A program made the translations under genes and the position numbers. From NCBI GenBank assembly GCA_963974885.1, contig CAXBEY010000001.1, positions 20,372-84,371 on the forward strand: 64,000 nt of DNA. Direction: 5' to 3'. Source of the stretch: an uncultured Alphaproteobacteria bacterium (GTDB lineage: Bacteria > Pseudomonadota > Alphaproteobacteria > Caedimonadales > UBA9215). The notes under the pieces were generated by a model that saw nothing but the letters and a program-made list of their open reading frames with translations, was not told the DNA's origin and ran no database searches. Shown here piece by piece: positions 17,998 through 27,488 of the stretch (the stretch's first letter is position 1; every line of letters begins with the position of its first letter).

Positions 17998-18306
17998 ATA
18001 GCCCTTCTTTTATTAAATAGACTTAAAAAAGTATCTTATTGCAAAAAATATTTTTGAGCCCTAAGGGCATGATAAACAGTTCGTTTTCTAATTAGGCAAA
18101 CTTAATAAAAGAAAAGCGTTATCTGCAATGGTAAGTTTTTTGCAACAAAGTCTGAATTTCAATGTAAGATTCTATTAGATAGTTCTGATGTGAAAATCCT
18201 AAAGCGGACGCGTAAATTATTTTCTGGAAGCAGCGTCACATACTAAATTGATTTAACGTTTCTCTTAACATGACATGTCCGTCGTAACTTAAAAAATGGA
18301 GTTAGT

Positions 18307-19221
18307 ATGAAAATAGGTATTCTCTCAAGAAATCCAAAGCTGTACTCAACAAGGCGTTTGGTTGAAGCAGCCAACGCAAGAGGTCACGACGTTGAGGTCG
18401 TTGATACTTTAAAATGCTATATGAACATTACAGCCAGCAAGCCTGCTGTGTATTACAAAAAAAAAGGCTTTAAGGGAAAGTTAGAATTTGATGCTGTTTT
18501 AGGTCGTATTGGGAGCTCTATAACAGCATACGGAACAGCCGTCTTAAGGCAATTTGAAGTTGGTAATGTTTATTGCTTAAATGAATCAATATCAATATCA
18601 AGATCCAGGGATAAGTTGCGTGCTCATCAACTATTGGCACGTAAAGGCATTGATATGCCCATTACCAGCTATGCTCACCAAGCAGATGCAACGGAAGACC
18701 TTATCGAATTCGTTGGGAATGCTCCCTTAATTGTAAAAGTTATGAATAGCACACAAGGAAAAGGAGTATTATTGGCTGAAACAAACAAGGCCGCAGAAAG
18801 TCTTATTAATGCCTTTAGGGACCTCGACACTGATTTTTTGGTTCAAGAATTTATCAAAGAAGCAAATGGCGCTGATATTCGATGTTTTGTCTTAGGGGAT
18901 AAAGTGATCGCTGCTATGATCCGAACCGCCAAAGAAGGTGAGTATCGCTCAAACCTTCACCGAGGTGGATCAGCGTCTGTTATTAAATTAACACCGGAAG
19001 AGAGGTCTATCGCCGTTAAATCTGCCAAGGTTATGGGACTTGATATTGCAGGCGTTGACTTAATTAGGTCTTCACGGGGACCTTTGGTTCTTGAGGTTAA
19101 CTCCTCGCCCGGTCTAGAAGGTATTGAAACAGCAACAGGAAAAGATGTTGCTAAATCTATTATTGAGTATATTGAAAAAAATGCTGTGAAAGGCCCCCAA
19201 AAAACAAAAGGGAAAGGTTAA
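18307..19221 (+). CDS. rimK: RimK-type ATP-grasp alpha-L-glutamate ligase (ribosomal protein S6 modification family)
   Basis: 304 aa. [19 protein letters not shown]-terminus and ATP-grasp motifs ([39 protein letters not shown]). Colinear with E. coli RimK. Confidence 0.9.
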   Translation: MKIGILSRNPKLYSTRRLVEAANARGHDVEVVDTLKCYMNITASKPAVYYKKKGFKGKLEFDAVLGRIGSSITAYGTAVLRQFEVGNVYCLNESISISRSRDKLRAHQLLARKGIDMPITSYAHQADATEDLIEFVGNAPLIVKVMNSTQGKGVLLAETNKAAESLINAFRDLDTDFLVQEFIKEANGADIRCFVLGDKVIAAMIRTAKEGEYRSNLHRGGSASVIKLTPEERSIAVKSAKVMGLDIAGVDLIRSSRGPLVLEVNSSPGLEGIETATGKDVAKSIIEYIEKNAVKGPQKTKGKG

Positions 19222-20253
19222 ATGTTCAATAATAAAGAATTTGCTGTTGGAGGCGTTTCTATTGCGCCTGGCAAACGTAAGCAAATTGAAATTGAGGTTG
19301 CAAAACTTTACGATTATACAAAGCTAACAATACCCGTCGAAGTTATTCGAGGCAAAGAAGACGGACCCGTTTTGTTTCTTTCTGCGGCCATTCACGGAGA
19401 TGAAATTAATGGTGTTGAAATCATCAAGCGTATTTTGGCTAAGAAAAAAAAACTTTCAAAAATCAAAGGTACATTGATTGCGGTGCCTATTGTTAACGTT
19501 TTTGGTTTTAATAGAAATCTTCGTTACCTTCCCGATCGTCGAGATTTAAATAGGTGTTTTCCAGGCTCAAAAGAGGGATCCCTTGCAGGGCAAATTGCCA
19601 AAATTTTTATGGATGAAATTGTTTTAAAATCGACCCATGGCATTGACTTACACACGGCAGCCCTGCACCGGAACAACTTACCTCAAGTGCGCGCTTGCCT
19701 AGATTCAAAAGAAACCGAAGATTTGGCCATGAGTTTTGGCGTTCCTGTGGTTTTAAATTCCAGTGTTCGGGATGGATCTTTGCGTCAGTGCGCGTCTGAG
19801 GCTGGTGTCAATATGCTTTTGTTTGAGGGGGGAGAGCCCCTTCGCTATGAAGAAAAAATTATTTCTTCGGGCATCCATGGAATTTTGTCAGTTATGAAAT
19901 CCATTGGGATGATCGAAGGGGCAGTGTCCAGCAAAGAAAAAAGACGAAAAGCAGTTTTCATTTCTCATTCCAGCCATTGGTTACGTGCGCCTCACAGTGG
20001 GAGCTTGCGTATTAAGAAACATCTGGGAAACCATGTTAAAAAGGACGAAATTCTAGGTATTATTTCCAATCCTTTTGGAGAAGATAAATATGAAGTCAAA
20101 GCGAAAAAAACCGGTATTATTATTGGTATTGCTACTATGCCCTTGGTGAATAATGGTGATGCTCTCTTTCATGTAGCAACCTTTGAAAACTCAGAACGCG
20201 TCCACGAGCAAGTTGAATTTTTTGATGAAAGAATCGAAGAAAGCCTTTTATGA
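19222..20253 (+). CDS. succinylglutamate desuccinylase/aspartoacylase (AstE/AspA)-family M14-like zinc peptidase
   Basis: 343 aa. Zn-binding HGDEINGVE motif and a downstream DLH motif. The ATG abuts the rimK stop (TAAATG at 19219-19224). Confidence 0.8.
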   Translation: MFNNKEFAVGGVSIAPGKRKQIEIEVAKLYDYTKLTIPVEVIRGKEDGPVLFLSAAIHGDEINGVEIIKRILAKKKKLSKIKGTLIAVPIVNVFGFNRNLRYLPDRRDLNRCFPGSKEGSLAGQIAKIFMDEIVLKSTHGIDLHTAALHRNNLPQVRACLDSKETEDLAMSFGVPVVLNSSVRDGSLRQCASEAGVNMLLFEGGEPLRYEEKIISSGIHGILSVMKSIGMIEGAVSSKEKRRKAVFISHSSHWLRAPHSGSLRIKKHLGNHVKKDEILGIISNPFGEDKYEVKAKKTGIIIGIATMPLVNNGDALFHVATFENSERVHEQVEFFDERIEESLL

Positions 20254-20269
20254 TTCAAAGGAAGGTATA

Positions 20270-20731
20270 ATGATAAGAAAATCAATTATTGGATGCGAAG
20301 AATGGGGGGCCTTAAAAGATTTAAGGATTCCTGCTATTAAAATGCGTATTGATACAGGCGCAAAAACATCTTCCCTGCACGCCTTTAATATTGCAATCCA
20401 CCAAAGGGAAGGTAGGGAATTTGTCACATTTGATATTCACCCCATTCAAAAGAGTCACAAAATCATTCGTCAGTGTCAGGCCGATATTATTGATAATAGG
20501 GTTGTCAAAAGTTCCAGTGGTGATAAACAGCGTCGCTTTGTTATCCTTACTCCGCTTATGATTGGAGAAGAAACTTGGAATATTCAAGTGACTTTAACCA
20601 ATCGAGATACCATGGGATATCGAATGCTTCTTGGAAGAGAGGCCATGGAAAAGCGATTTCTTGTTGATCCCGATCTTTCTTTTTGTAAGGGAGACATCTC
20701 CAAGGAAAATCTTAGAAAACTTTACTTGTAA
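20270..20731 (+). CDS. retropepsin-like aspartic peptidase-fold protein (DUF785, often annotated as ATP-dependent zinc protease), RimK-associated type
   Basis: 153 aa. D-T-G-A signature (RIDTGAKTSSLHA, nt 20351-20362) and MLLGREAM in the second half. AAGGAAGG SD lies before ATG 20270. The ORF-track start at 20183 overlaps the upstream gene and is discounted. Confidence 0.75.
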   Translation: MIRKSIIGCEEWGALKDLRIPAIKMRIDTGAKTSSLHAFNIAIHQREGREFVTFDIHPIQKSHKIIRQCQADIIDNRVVKSSSGDKQRRFVILTPLMIGEETWNIQVTLTNRDTMGYRMLLGREAMEKRFLVDPDLSFCKGDISKENLRKLYL

Positions 20732-20738
20732 TTAAAGG

Positions 20739-20857
20739 CTATAGGGCACCTCTAAAAACTCTGTCTTTTACCAAATTCAGTAAGATGAACCCAATGTTTA
20801 CAAGGGTTACAGACAATACTAAAAGTTTTATTAGGGGTTTTTAGAGGTGCCCTATAG
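20739..20857. repeat. 119-bp element bounded by perfect 21-bp inverted repeats (MITE-like element or long hairpin)
   Basis: CTATAGGGCACCTCTAAAAAC at 20739-20759 and its exact reverse complement GTTTTTAGAGGTGCCCTATAG at 20837-20857, with a 77-nt spacer. It fills the gap between two convergent stop codons. Confidence 0.8.
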
Positions 20858-20874
20858 TGGTGTGTTTTCCGCCT

Positions 20875-21516
20875 CTATTTTTTCCCCTTAAGACTTTTTT
20901 TCTTATGATTTTTTTGATGTTTTAGCTCATGGAGCGCAAGGATGTGGGCAATACCCCCTGCGGCAATCAAGATGCCGATAATAGTTGCAATATAAACCTC
21001 TATGCCAAATACGTTGTTGAGAGTTCTAAAAGTCCCCAAAACAAAAATAAGAATCCAAAAGACAAAGGAAATCGTGCCGTTATAAAAGTAGACTCTAATT
21101 TTTTGAAGGGACATGCCCTCAAATATGCCTTTTCCAATCTGTTCTCTCAATGTTTGTTGTAGGTTACTATTTAAAAAGATGCCGTTAATGAGCAAAATAG
21201 CAACCATTAAGCTTTTTCCATATATTTTTTGATTACTTAAGGTTTCAGGGGAATTTATTGCATAATAGGCAAGGAACCCTAAGCCAGAGAGAATAAGAAC
21301 TCCGATGGAAATCATGATCACTTTATGTCCAATGGCATATATTTTTGATCTCGAATTCGCACTTCCTTGATAAGCTCTAAACTGGCGTGTACTTGTAAAA
21401 AAATGGCAGCTCCCATGCCAGTAACGGCCGCTAAAGAATGTAAAAAAATAATTGATTCTTTTATTAACATGTAAAAAATCCTTTTTTGTTATTAATATAT
21501 GAATTATACATAGCAA
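20875..21516 (-). CDS. hypothetical integral membrane protein (start uncertain)
   Basis: About 4 hydrophobic helices in the C-terminal 145 aa and a Lys-rich C-terminus. The first 70 or so codons are of doubtful coding quality; an internal Met (MISIGVL...) is an alternative start. Confidence 0.4.
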   Translation of the reverse strand: MLCIIHILITKKDFLHVNKRINYFFTFFSGRYWHGSCHFFTSTRQFRAYQGSANSRSKIYAIGHKVIMISIGVLILSGLGFLAYYAINSPETLSNQKIYGKSLMVAILLINGIFLNSNLQQTLREQIGKGIFEGMSLQKIRVYFYNGTISFVFWILIFVLGTFRTLNNVFGIEVYIATIIGILIAAGGIAHILALHELKHQKNHKKKSLKGKK

Positions 21517-21562
21517 TATTTAATTTTTTATTAAGTAAAATGTTTTTTTGTTAAAAAGACAT

Positions 21563-21584
21563 AAAAAAGGGGGCTTTGTGCCCC
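21563..21584 (-). terminator. rho-independent terminator candidate downstream of cdnL
   Basis: On the minus strand, GGGGC-acaaa-GCCCC is followed by TTTTTT. Confidence 0.55.
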
Positions 21585-21616
21585 ATCTTTTGGTGTTTTA
21601 AATAAAGATTTCTTAA

Positions 21617-22114
21617 CTAAGCAACACGAAGCATGGTTTTAAGTTTCTCGCAAGCGTCTTCAAATTGGATAGCTTCAACAACAGCAACCTCATCGGCAAA
21701 ACGCTCTAGGGCATTTTGATAAATTTGACGTTCACTATAGGATTGATCTCCTTGGTTTTCATCACGATGTAATTCCCGCAAAACTTCTGAGAGGGAGATG
21801 ATGCTTCCGGAATTAATTTTTGTTTCATATTCCTGAGCACGTCTTGCCCAAATGCCTTTGGTTGTTTTGATTTTTTTTGTTAACAGAGCGAGTGTTTTAC
21901 CCATGTCATCTTTTGTTGTAAGATTGCGAAGGCCTGTATTTTTTGCTTTTACGAGAGGAAGTCGCAACGTCATACGTTTTTTTTCAAAATTAATGACAAG
22001 GACCTTAAGTTCCTGGCCTGCAATGGTTTGACTCTCTATTTTTTCGAGCTTGCCAACGCCATGGTTTGGATACACTACGGTATCTCCTGTAGAAAAGGCT
22101 GTCGTAATTTCCAT
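21617..22114 (-). CDS. cdnL: CarD/CdnL-family RNA-polymerase-binding transcription factor
   Basis: 165 aa. The GDTVVYPNHGVGKLEKIE N-terminal Tudor-like RNAP-interaction domain is typical of the CarD_CdnL_TRCF family. Confidence 0.9.
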   Translation of the reverse strand: MEITTAFSTGDTVVYPNHGVGKLEKIESQTIAGQELKVLVINFEKKRMTLRLPLVKAKNTGLRNLTTKDDMGKTLALLTKKIKTTKGIWARRAQEYETKINSGSIISLSEVLRELHRDENQGDQSYSERQIYQNALERFADEVAVVEAIQFEDACEKLKTMLRVA

Positions 22115-22291
22115 AAAAGCTCTCCTTTTGAGTCTCTTGTTGATTTATCACAAATATTTCAAAGGGTTATGAGGTAAAAATGTTGTTTTCTTTGTTGTAG
22201 ACTTTAAGGTATAACATATTTCAAAGCAGAAATATAGAAAAAATTTATAAGTGTAGTGTCTCTATCCTTATTTATTAGTCAACTGTTTCTC

Positions 22292-22732
22292 TTAACGCAT
22301 AGATGAAAGCCGCTTTAAGAAGGTATCAACGGAGAGAGAGCCAGCCCCCCGAGCGAAAATTGTTCCTAGCATAATAGCCCAAATGAGATGAACCTGAGGT
22401 GTGGGCATAACAATTTGAATGACGGCAGTCATAACCAGAAGGCCAAAGGCGCTAAAACGCCCAAAAAGACCAAGGGCAAGCAGAGTAGAGAGGCCGAGCT
22501 CGCCAGCCGTTCCTAGAACTGCTGCAGTTTCTGGTGATAAATAGGGAACAGGGTGCACTTCCGTGAAGAGAAAAATCGTACTATCCCAGTCATCATTCAT
22601 GTAATTTTGGAATTTTAACCAACCGGATTTGAAAAAGATATTGGCCATGTAAAGGCGGATGGTCAAATCGACGAGGGGTGAGAAATATTTTATAAGGAAA
22701 TAGGCAAAACCTGTTTCTTCTTGTTGACGCAT
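22292..22732 (-). CDS. DoxX-family membrane protein
   Basis: 146 aa with 4 helices and a DoxX-like pattern (FFKSGWLKF ... GRFSAFGLLVMT). Confidence 0.7.
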   Translation of the reverse strand: MRQQEETGFAYFLIKYFSPLVDLTIRLYMANIFFKSGWLKFQNYMNDDWDSTIFLFTEVHPVPYLSPETAAVLGTAGELGLSTLLALGLFGRFSAFGLLVMTAVIQIVMPTPQVHLIWAIMLGTIFARGAGSLSVDTFLKRLSSMR

Positions 22733-23001
22733 TTTTCTATGACTCCCTTGTGAAATTATATAAAATTTGACATATATTATTATTATATATCTATTTTTAA
22801 CTTTTACAAAACTATTTCTAAATAAAGTTTAACCTTCTTAAGATGAAGGTTGGTTTTAGGGACTCTAAAAGCAAAATGATTACTCTTGATAGGTTTGAAA
22901 TTTTTGCAACAGGGCCTTTTTCAGAGGAGCCTATATGGACTGGTTTTTTTTGGGCACTTTATATATAGTCATTCTATATTCCTTAAAAGAGTACATGGTA
23001 G

Positions 23002-23946
23002 ATGACAAGCATACAGAATTCCCCCCAAAGCCTTTCAAAAAAAGAAAAAAGCTTTCAAAATATTATCCTCAAACTTCAAGGTTTTTGGAGCGATCAAGAC
23101 TGCACCATTATGCAGCCCTATGATATGGAAATGGGGGCTGGAACCTTTCACCCTGCAACGACCCTGAGAACCCTTGGTGCAAAACCGTGGCGCACCGCCT
23201 ATGTGCAGCCGTGCCGCCGTCCTACCGATGGTCGTTACGGGGATAATCCTAATCGAGTGCAATCTTATTATCAGTTTCAAGTGATTATGAAACCGTCTCC
23301 CGATGATATTCAGGACCTTATGTTGGAAAGCTTTAAAGCTATTGGTATTGATCCAGCGATCCATGATATTCGTTTTGTGGAGGACAATTGGGAGGGACCG
23401 ACTTTGGGGGCTTCTGGTCTTGGTTGGGAAGTCTGGTGTGATGGTCAAGAAGTCTTGCAGTTCACCTATTTTCAACAGTTGGGCGGAGCTGATTGCGCGC
23501 CGGTGCCTGTGGAACTGACCTATGGACTGGAGCGTTGTGCTTGTGTTGTTCAAGGGGTTGAGAGCTTATTTGATCTTGATTGGAATGGTGCTGAGGGGGA
23601 ACGAAAAATCACTTACCGTGATATTTTTCACCAAAATGAACAGGAGTTTTCAGCCTTTAACTTTGACTATGCGGATGTTAAAAAATTAGAGAATGAATTT
23701 AAAGCGGCTGAAAAGCAATGCCAGCTTCTCCTTGAAAAACAGTGCGTTCTACCGGCCTATGACCAAGCTTTGAAAGCCAGCCATTTGTTTAATTTACTCG
23801 ATGCTCGGGGTGTGATCAGTGTTCTTGAGCGGGCGAGTTATATCGCTCGCGTACGGGATTTGGCACGGGGATGTTGTGAACAATACCTCCAACAGCAAGA
23901 TAAGTCTTCATCGCCAGAACCAGAACAAACAAGCCTAGGGGTATAA
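23002..23946 (+). CDS. glyQ: glycyl-tRNA synthetase alpha subunit
   Basis: [36 protein letters not shown] is near-invariant GlyQ sequence. 314 aa. Confidence 0.95.
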   Translation: MTSIQNSPQSLSKKEKSFQNIILKLQGFWSDQDCTIMQPYDMEMGAGTFHPATTLRTLGAKPWRTAYVQPCRRPTDGRYGDNPNRVQSYYQFQVIMKPSPDDIQDLMLESFKAIGIDPAIHDIRFVEDNWEGPTLGASGLGWEVWCDGQEVLQFTYFQQLGGADCAPVPVELTYGLERCACVVQGVESLFDLDWNGAEGERKITYRDIFHQNEQEFSAFNFDYADVKKLENEFKAAEKQCQLLLEKQCVLPAYDQALKASHLFNLLDARGVISVLERASYIARVRDLARGCCEQYLQQQDKSSSPEPEQTSLGV

Positions 23947-23950
23947 AGCC

Positions 23951-26050
23951 ATGTCAGAATTCTTTTTTGAAATCCGTTCCGGTGAAATCCCAGCCCAAAT
24001 GCAAAAGCCAGCAACCGCTGATCTTAAACGCCTTTTAGAACAAAGATTTAAAGATCTTCAATTAGCTCATGGGGAGATTGCCTGCTATGTGGGACCTCGC
24101 CGTCTTGTCGCCGTTGTGGAAGATTTAGCTTCAGAACAAGCGGCCCGCCATGAAGAGCGTCGTGGCCCAAGGACAGATGCACCAGAGCAAGCTATTCAAG
24201 GGTTTCTCAAATCAACGGGAAAAATCCTTGATGACCTTGAGATTCGAGAAACGCCAAAGGGATCTTTTTACTTTTCTGTGGAGACCTTCCAAGCAACGCC
24301 GACAAAAAGAGTGTTGCCCGATGTTGTCCGAGAGGTTATTTATACGCTGCCATGGCCCAAAAAGATGACATGGTCAACCACGACAAAAACTTGGGTGCGC
24401 CCCCTTCAAGGAGGATGTGCCCTTTTTGACGGACAGCCCCTTGATTTTACAGTGTCCATGAATGAAGAAGGCCACCCCGATCCCTTTCTTGTGCCCTTTA
24501 ATGGCGTGACAGTTGGGCATCGCTTCATGGCGTCCTCTCCTTTTACAGTGAAAAACTTTGAAGATTATACGCAGAAATTAAAAAAGGCTTTTGTGATTGT
24601 TGATCAAGGTGAGCGTCAAGAAAAGTTGAAGAAACAAATTGCTGACCTTTGCGCCAAATATGACTTAACAATCCTTGATGATAAAGGATTGCTTGATGAA
24701 GTTACCGGTTTGGTAGAATGGCCTGTGTGTCTTTTGGGGGATATCGATGATGCCTTTATGGCCCTTCCCCCAGAGTTATTGCGAACAACGATGAGGGTTC
24801 ACCAACGTTACTTTAGTGTGCACAAAAAAGGTGGTTCTTTTGCGCCGCACTTTATCGTAGCTGCAAACATTGTGGCCCCTGATGGGGGTAAAGCTATTGT
24901 GACGGGTAATGAGCGCGTCTTAAAAGCGCGCCTTTCTGATGCGGCTTTCTTTTATGAGCAAGACCGTAAAAAAACCTTAGTTGAGCACGGTAAAAAGCTG
25001 GATAAAACAGTGTTTCATGCTCACCTTGGTACCCTAGCTCAAAAGCAAGAGCGCCTTGTGCACCTCATCGATTTAATGGAAAAAGAAGAGGTGACAGCGC
25101 GTCAAGATGCCAAGGTTGCTGCGGCTTTATGTAAAGCTGATTTGATGTCTGAAATGGTTTTTGAATTCCCTGAATTGCAAGGTATTATTGGATCTTATTA
25201 TGCTAAGGCTGATGGATTAAAAAAGGCGGTGACACAAGCAATCTATGAGCAGTACTCGCCAAAAGGCCCCAGTGATGCTCTTCCTACTCACAAAACCAGT
25301 CAACTCCTAGCCTTGGCAGATCGCCTTGATACTCTCGTTGGGTTTTTCAGCGTTGGCTTAAAGCCAACGGGGTCGAAGGATCCTTTTGCGTTACGCCGAG
25401 CTGCCCTTGGCGTGATTCGTTTTCTTGAAACAGGTTATGAATGGGTTTTGAGAGATATTTTAAATGCGGCTTTTGATCTTTATGAAGGCACTAAAAAAGC
25501 GGATAAAGCTCTTCCTAAAGAAGATGTATTAGAGGACCTTGAAACCTTTTTCATTGAACGCCTTAAGGTTTATTGGCGGGAATACGGTTTTCCCCATGAT
25601 TATATTGAAGCGGTTTTGTCCAAGGGACTCTCAGAACCTTTACATGTTATGAAAGCGCGCCTTGAGGCCCTTGTGTCCTTTGTTGAAACCCATAAACAGG
25701 AGGCCACAAATCTATTTGCAGGTTATAAACGGGCGACCAATATTTTACGCAAAGAAAAGGCAGTAGACCTTAAAGGGCCCCTAGAAAATCTCTTTGAAAA
25801 AGAGGAAGAAAAAGTTCTTTATAAAACGCTTTCCCGTGCGCAAAAAGAGATTCAAGGACTCTTGTCTCAAGGAAACTTTACACAGGCCATGGCAACCCTT
25901 GCCCCGTTACGCTCTCCCATTGATGCATTTTTTGAACATGTTCAAGTCAATGATGAGCGCCAAGACGTGCGTCAAAACCGCTTGAATCTTTTGGGATATA
26001 TCCAAAAAAGTTTGGAACAAGTGGCGGATTTCTCTAAGATCGAGGGATAA
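23951..26050 (+). CDS. glyS: glycyl-tRNA synthetase beta subunit
   Basis: 699 aa, 4 nt after glyQ. Colinear with GlyS (FFEIRSGEIPA ... HQRYF ... FPELQGIIG). Confidence 0.95.
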   Translation: MSEFFFEIRSGEIPAQMQKPATADLKRLLEQRFKDLQLAHGEIACYVGPRRLVAVVEDLASEQAARHEERRGPRTDAPEQAIQGFLKSTGKILDDLEIRETPKGSFYFSVETFQATPTKRVLPDVVREVIYTLPWPKKMTWSTTTKTWVRPLQGGCALFDGQPLDFTVSMNEEGHPDPFLVPFNGVTVGHRFMASSPFTVKNFEDYTQKLKKAFVIVDQGERQEKLKKQIADLCAKYDLTILDDKGLLDEVTGLVEWPVCLLGDIDDAFMALPPELLRTTMRVHQRYFSVHKKGGSFAPHFIVAANIVAPDGGKAIVTGNERVLKARLSDAAFFYEQDRKKTLVEHGKKLDKTVFHAHLGTLAQKQERLVHLIDLMEKEEVTARQDAKVAAALCKADLMSEMVFEFPELQGIIGSYYAKADGLKKAVTQAIYEQYSPKGPSDALPTHKTSQLLALADRLDTLVGFFSVGLKPTGSKDPFALRRAALGVIRFLETGYEWVLRDILNAAFDLYEGTKKADKALPKEDVLEDLETFFIERLKVYWREYGFPHDYIEAVLSKGLSEPLHVMKARLEALVSFVETHKQEATNLFAGYKRATNILRKEKAVDLKGPLENLFEKEEEKVLYKTLSRAQKEIQGLLSQGNFTQAMATLAPLRSPIDAFFEHVQVNDERQDVRQNRLNLLGYIQKSLEQVADFSKIEG

Positions 26051-26089
26051 TGTTTTTCATACACGAGAGTGGGCAATCTTGAATAGTTC

Positions 26090-26893
26090 TCAGGCAGAAG
26101 CCAAGTCAACCCAAACAGGGGCATGATCTGAGGGTCTTTCCTCCCCTCTGGTTTCCGGGTCAATGCCAGCGTCTTGAAGTCGGTCAGCTGCTTTGGGAGA
26201 CAACAGCAAGTGGTCGATGCGATAGCCTTTATTGTTTTGATAAGAGCCAGACCGGTAATCCCACCAGGAAAAAAGATGTTGATTTTCAGGGAGAGTCTCT
26301 GGATGTTTTAACCGGAAACCATCTATGAATCCTGTGTTGTAGAGAGACCTTAAGGCTTCCCGTTCCTCGAGGGAACATAAAATGCGATCTTGTTTAAAGC
26401 GCTCGGGGCTATGGCCATCGCTCACAAAGGGCGCAATGTTGTAATCTCCGGCAATCACAAGAGGGTCACCTTGAGCCAGAAGAGTTTCACCATGTTTTTT
26501 CAAAGCCTCTAGGAAGGCCATTTTGTAGGCAAATTTCTCGCTGCCAACCTCTTGACCATTGGGGACATAAACACTGGCGACGCGAACGCCGTCAACTCCC
26601 CCGATAAAGGCTTCAATGTAGCGGGCCTGTTGATCTTCTTGAAACGTAGGGAGTCCATAAACAACATCTTCCACAGGGCTTTTAGAAAGAATAGCAACCC
26701 CGTTGTAGGATTTTTGTCCTAACAAAGCGACGTTATATCCCAAATCTTCTATTTCTTCTCGGGGGAAATGTTCTTCTTGGCATTTGATTTCTTGAAGTAA
26801 AATAACATCAGGATTGCGTTCGCCCACCCATTTTTTAAGATGCTCTAGGCGTGTTCTAAGGGAATTTATATTCCATGTGGCGATTGTTGTCAT
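26090..26893 (-). CDS. xth: exodeoxyribonuclease III
   Basis: 267 aa. IATWNINSLR, LQEIK, GDYNIAP and SDHAPV motifs of the ExoIII/AP endonuclease family. Confidence 0.9.
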   Translation of the reverse strand: MTTIATWNINSLRTRLEHLKKWVGERNPDVILLQEIKCQEEHFPREEIEDLGYNVALLGQKSYNGVAILSKSPVEDVVYGLPTFQEDQQARYIEAFIGGVDGVRVASVYVPNGQEVGSEKFAYKMAFLEALKKHGETLLAQGDPLVIAGDYNIAPFVSDGHSPERFKQDRILCSLEEREALRSLYNTGFIDGFRLKHPETLPENQHLFSWWDYRSGSYQNNKGYRIDHLLLSPKAADRLQDAGIDPETRGEERPSDHAPVWVDLASA

Positions 26894-26914
26894 GGATTTT
26901 ATCTTTCTTTTTTC

Positions 26915-27298
26915 TTATATGGAAAATGAATTTCCGCACCCGCAAGAGCTTTCCACATTGGGATTACGCAGGGTAAAGGCTGCACCAATGAGCTCGGTTA
27001 CATAATCAAGGGTTACGTTTTTGAGCAACTCAAAGGAAACCTCATCGGTGATAATAGAGATATCATCGTGGGTAAATAACAGATCATCCTCATTTTGAGA
27101 CGGTTCAAAGTCAAATTTATATTGAAATCCAGAACAACCACCGCTTAAAACAGAAATGCGCAGCAATAGGTCCCCATGGGGATTTTTCTTAGCTTCTTGC
27201 TGTTTGAGCACGCGAAGGCGATCAAGGGCTGTATTGGTGATATAGAGAGTCCCGTCAGTGGTGCTATCGGGGGCTGCCATTCTAAAAGAATCAGACAT
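26915..27298 (-). CDS. A-type iron-sulfur cluster carrier (ErpA/IscA, HesB family)
   Basis: GGCSGFQY and C-terminal CGCGNSFSI motifs. The start is taken at MSDSF (27298); the ORF-track start at 27328 adds 10 hydrophobic codons. Confidence 0.8.
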   Translation of the reverse strand: MSDSFRMAAPDSTTDGTLYITNTALDRLRVLKQQEAKKNPHGDLLLRISVLSGGCSGFQYKFDFEPSQNEDDLLFTHDDISIITDEVSFELLKNVTLDYVTELIGAAFTLRNPNVESSCGCGNSFSI

Positions 27299-27488
27299 AA
27301 CTAAAAGCCTTGTAAAAAAAATCTGCAAAAGAGGTCATTCCCTGATATATATAACATAATACCTACTCTCTTTCAAATTCCTTACGTGTAAAGTATGCAC
27401 TCTGGGAGCTCTGGTCTGGTTTGAAAACCCACACTTTGAAATTGATGAGGGTTAGGATGACAAAAAAGAAATTTTATTTGAGAGACCC

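Noticed and set aside
20183-20269. Upstream extension of the DUF785 ORF overlapping the 3' end of the AstE/AspA-family gene.
   Set aside because: The ATG at 20270 has a good AAGGAAGG RBS and gives the family-typical length. The extension is out of character with the family (MKTQNASTSKLNFLMKESKK...).
22154-22226. 11-bp direct repeat ATATTTCAAAG (22154-22164 and 22216-22226) upstream of cdnL.
   Set aside because: It is a short repeat in very AT-rich DNA with no dyad symmetry and no match to a binding-site consensus I know. It is plausibly chance and cannot be evaluated without comparative data.
23035-23553. 172-aa minus-strand ORF, and the 62-aa + ORF at 22935-23123.
   Set aside because: Both overlap the strongly conserved glyQ reading frame and have no independent support.
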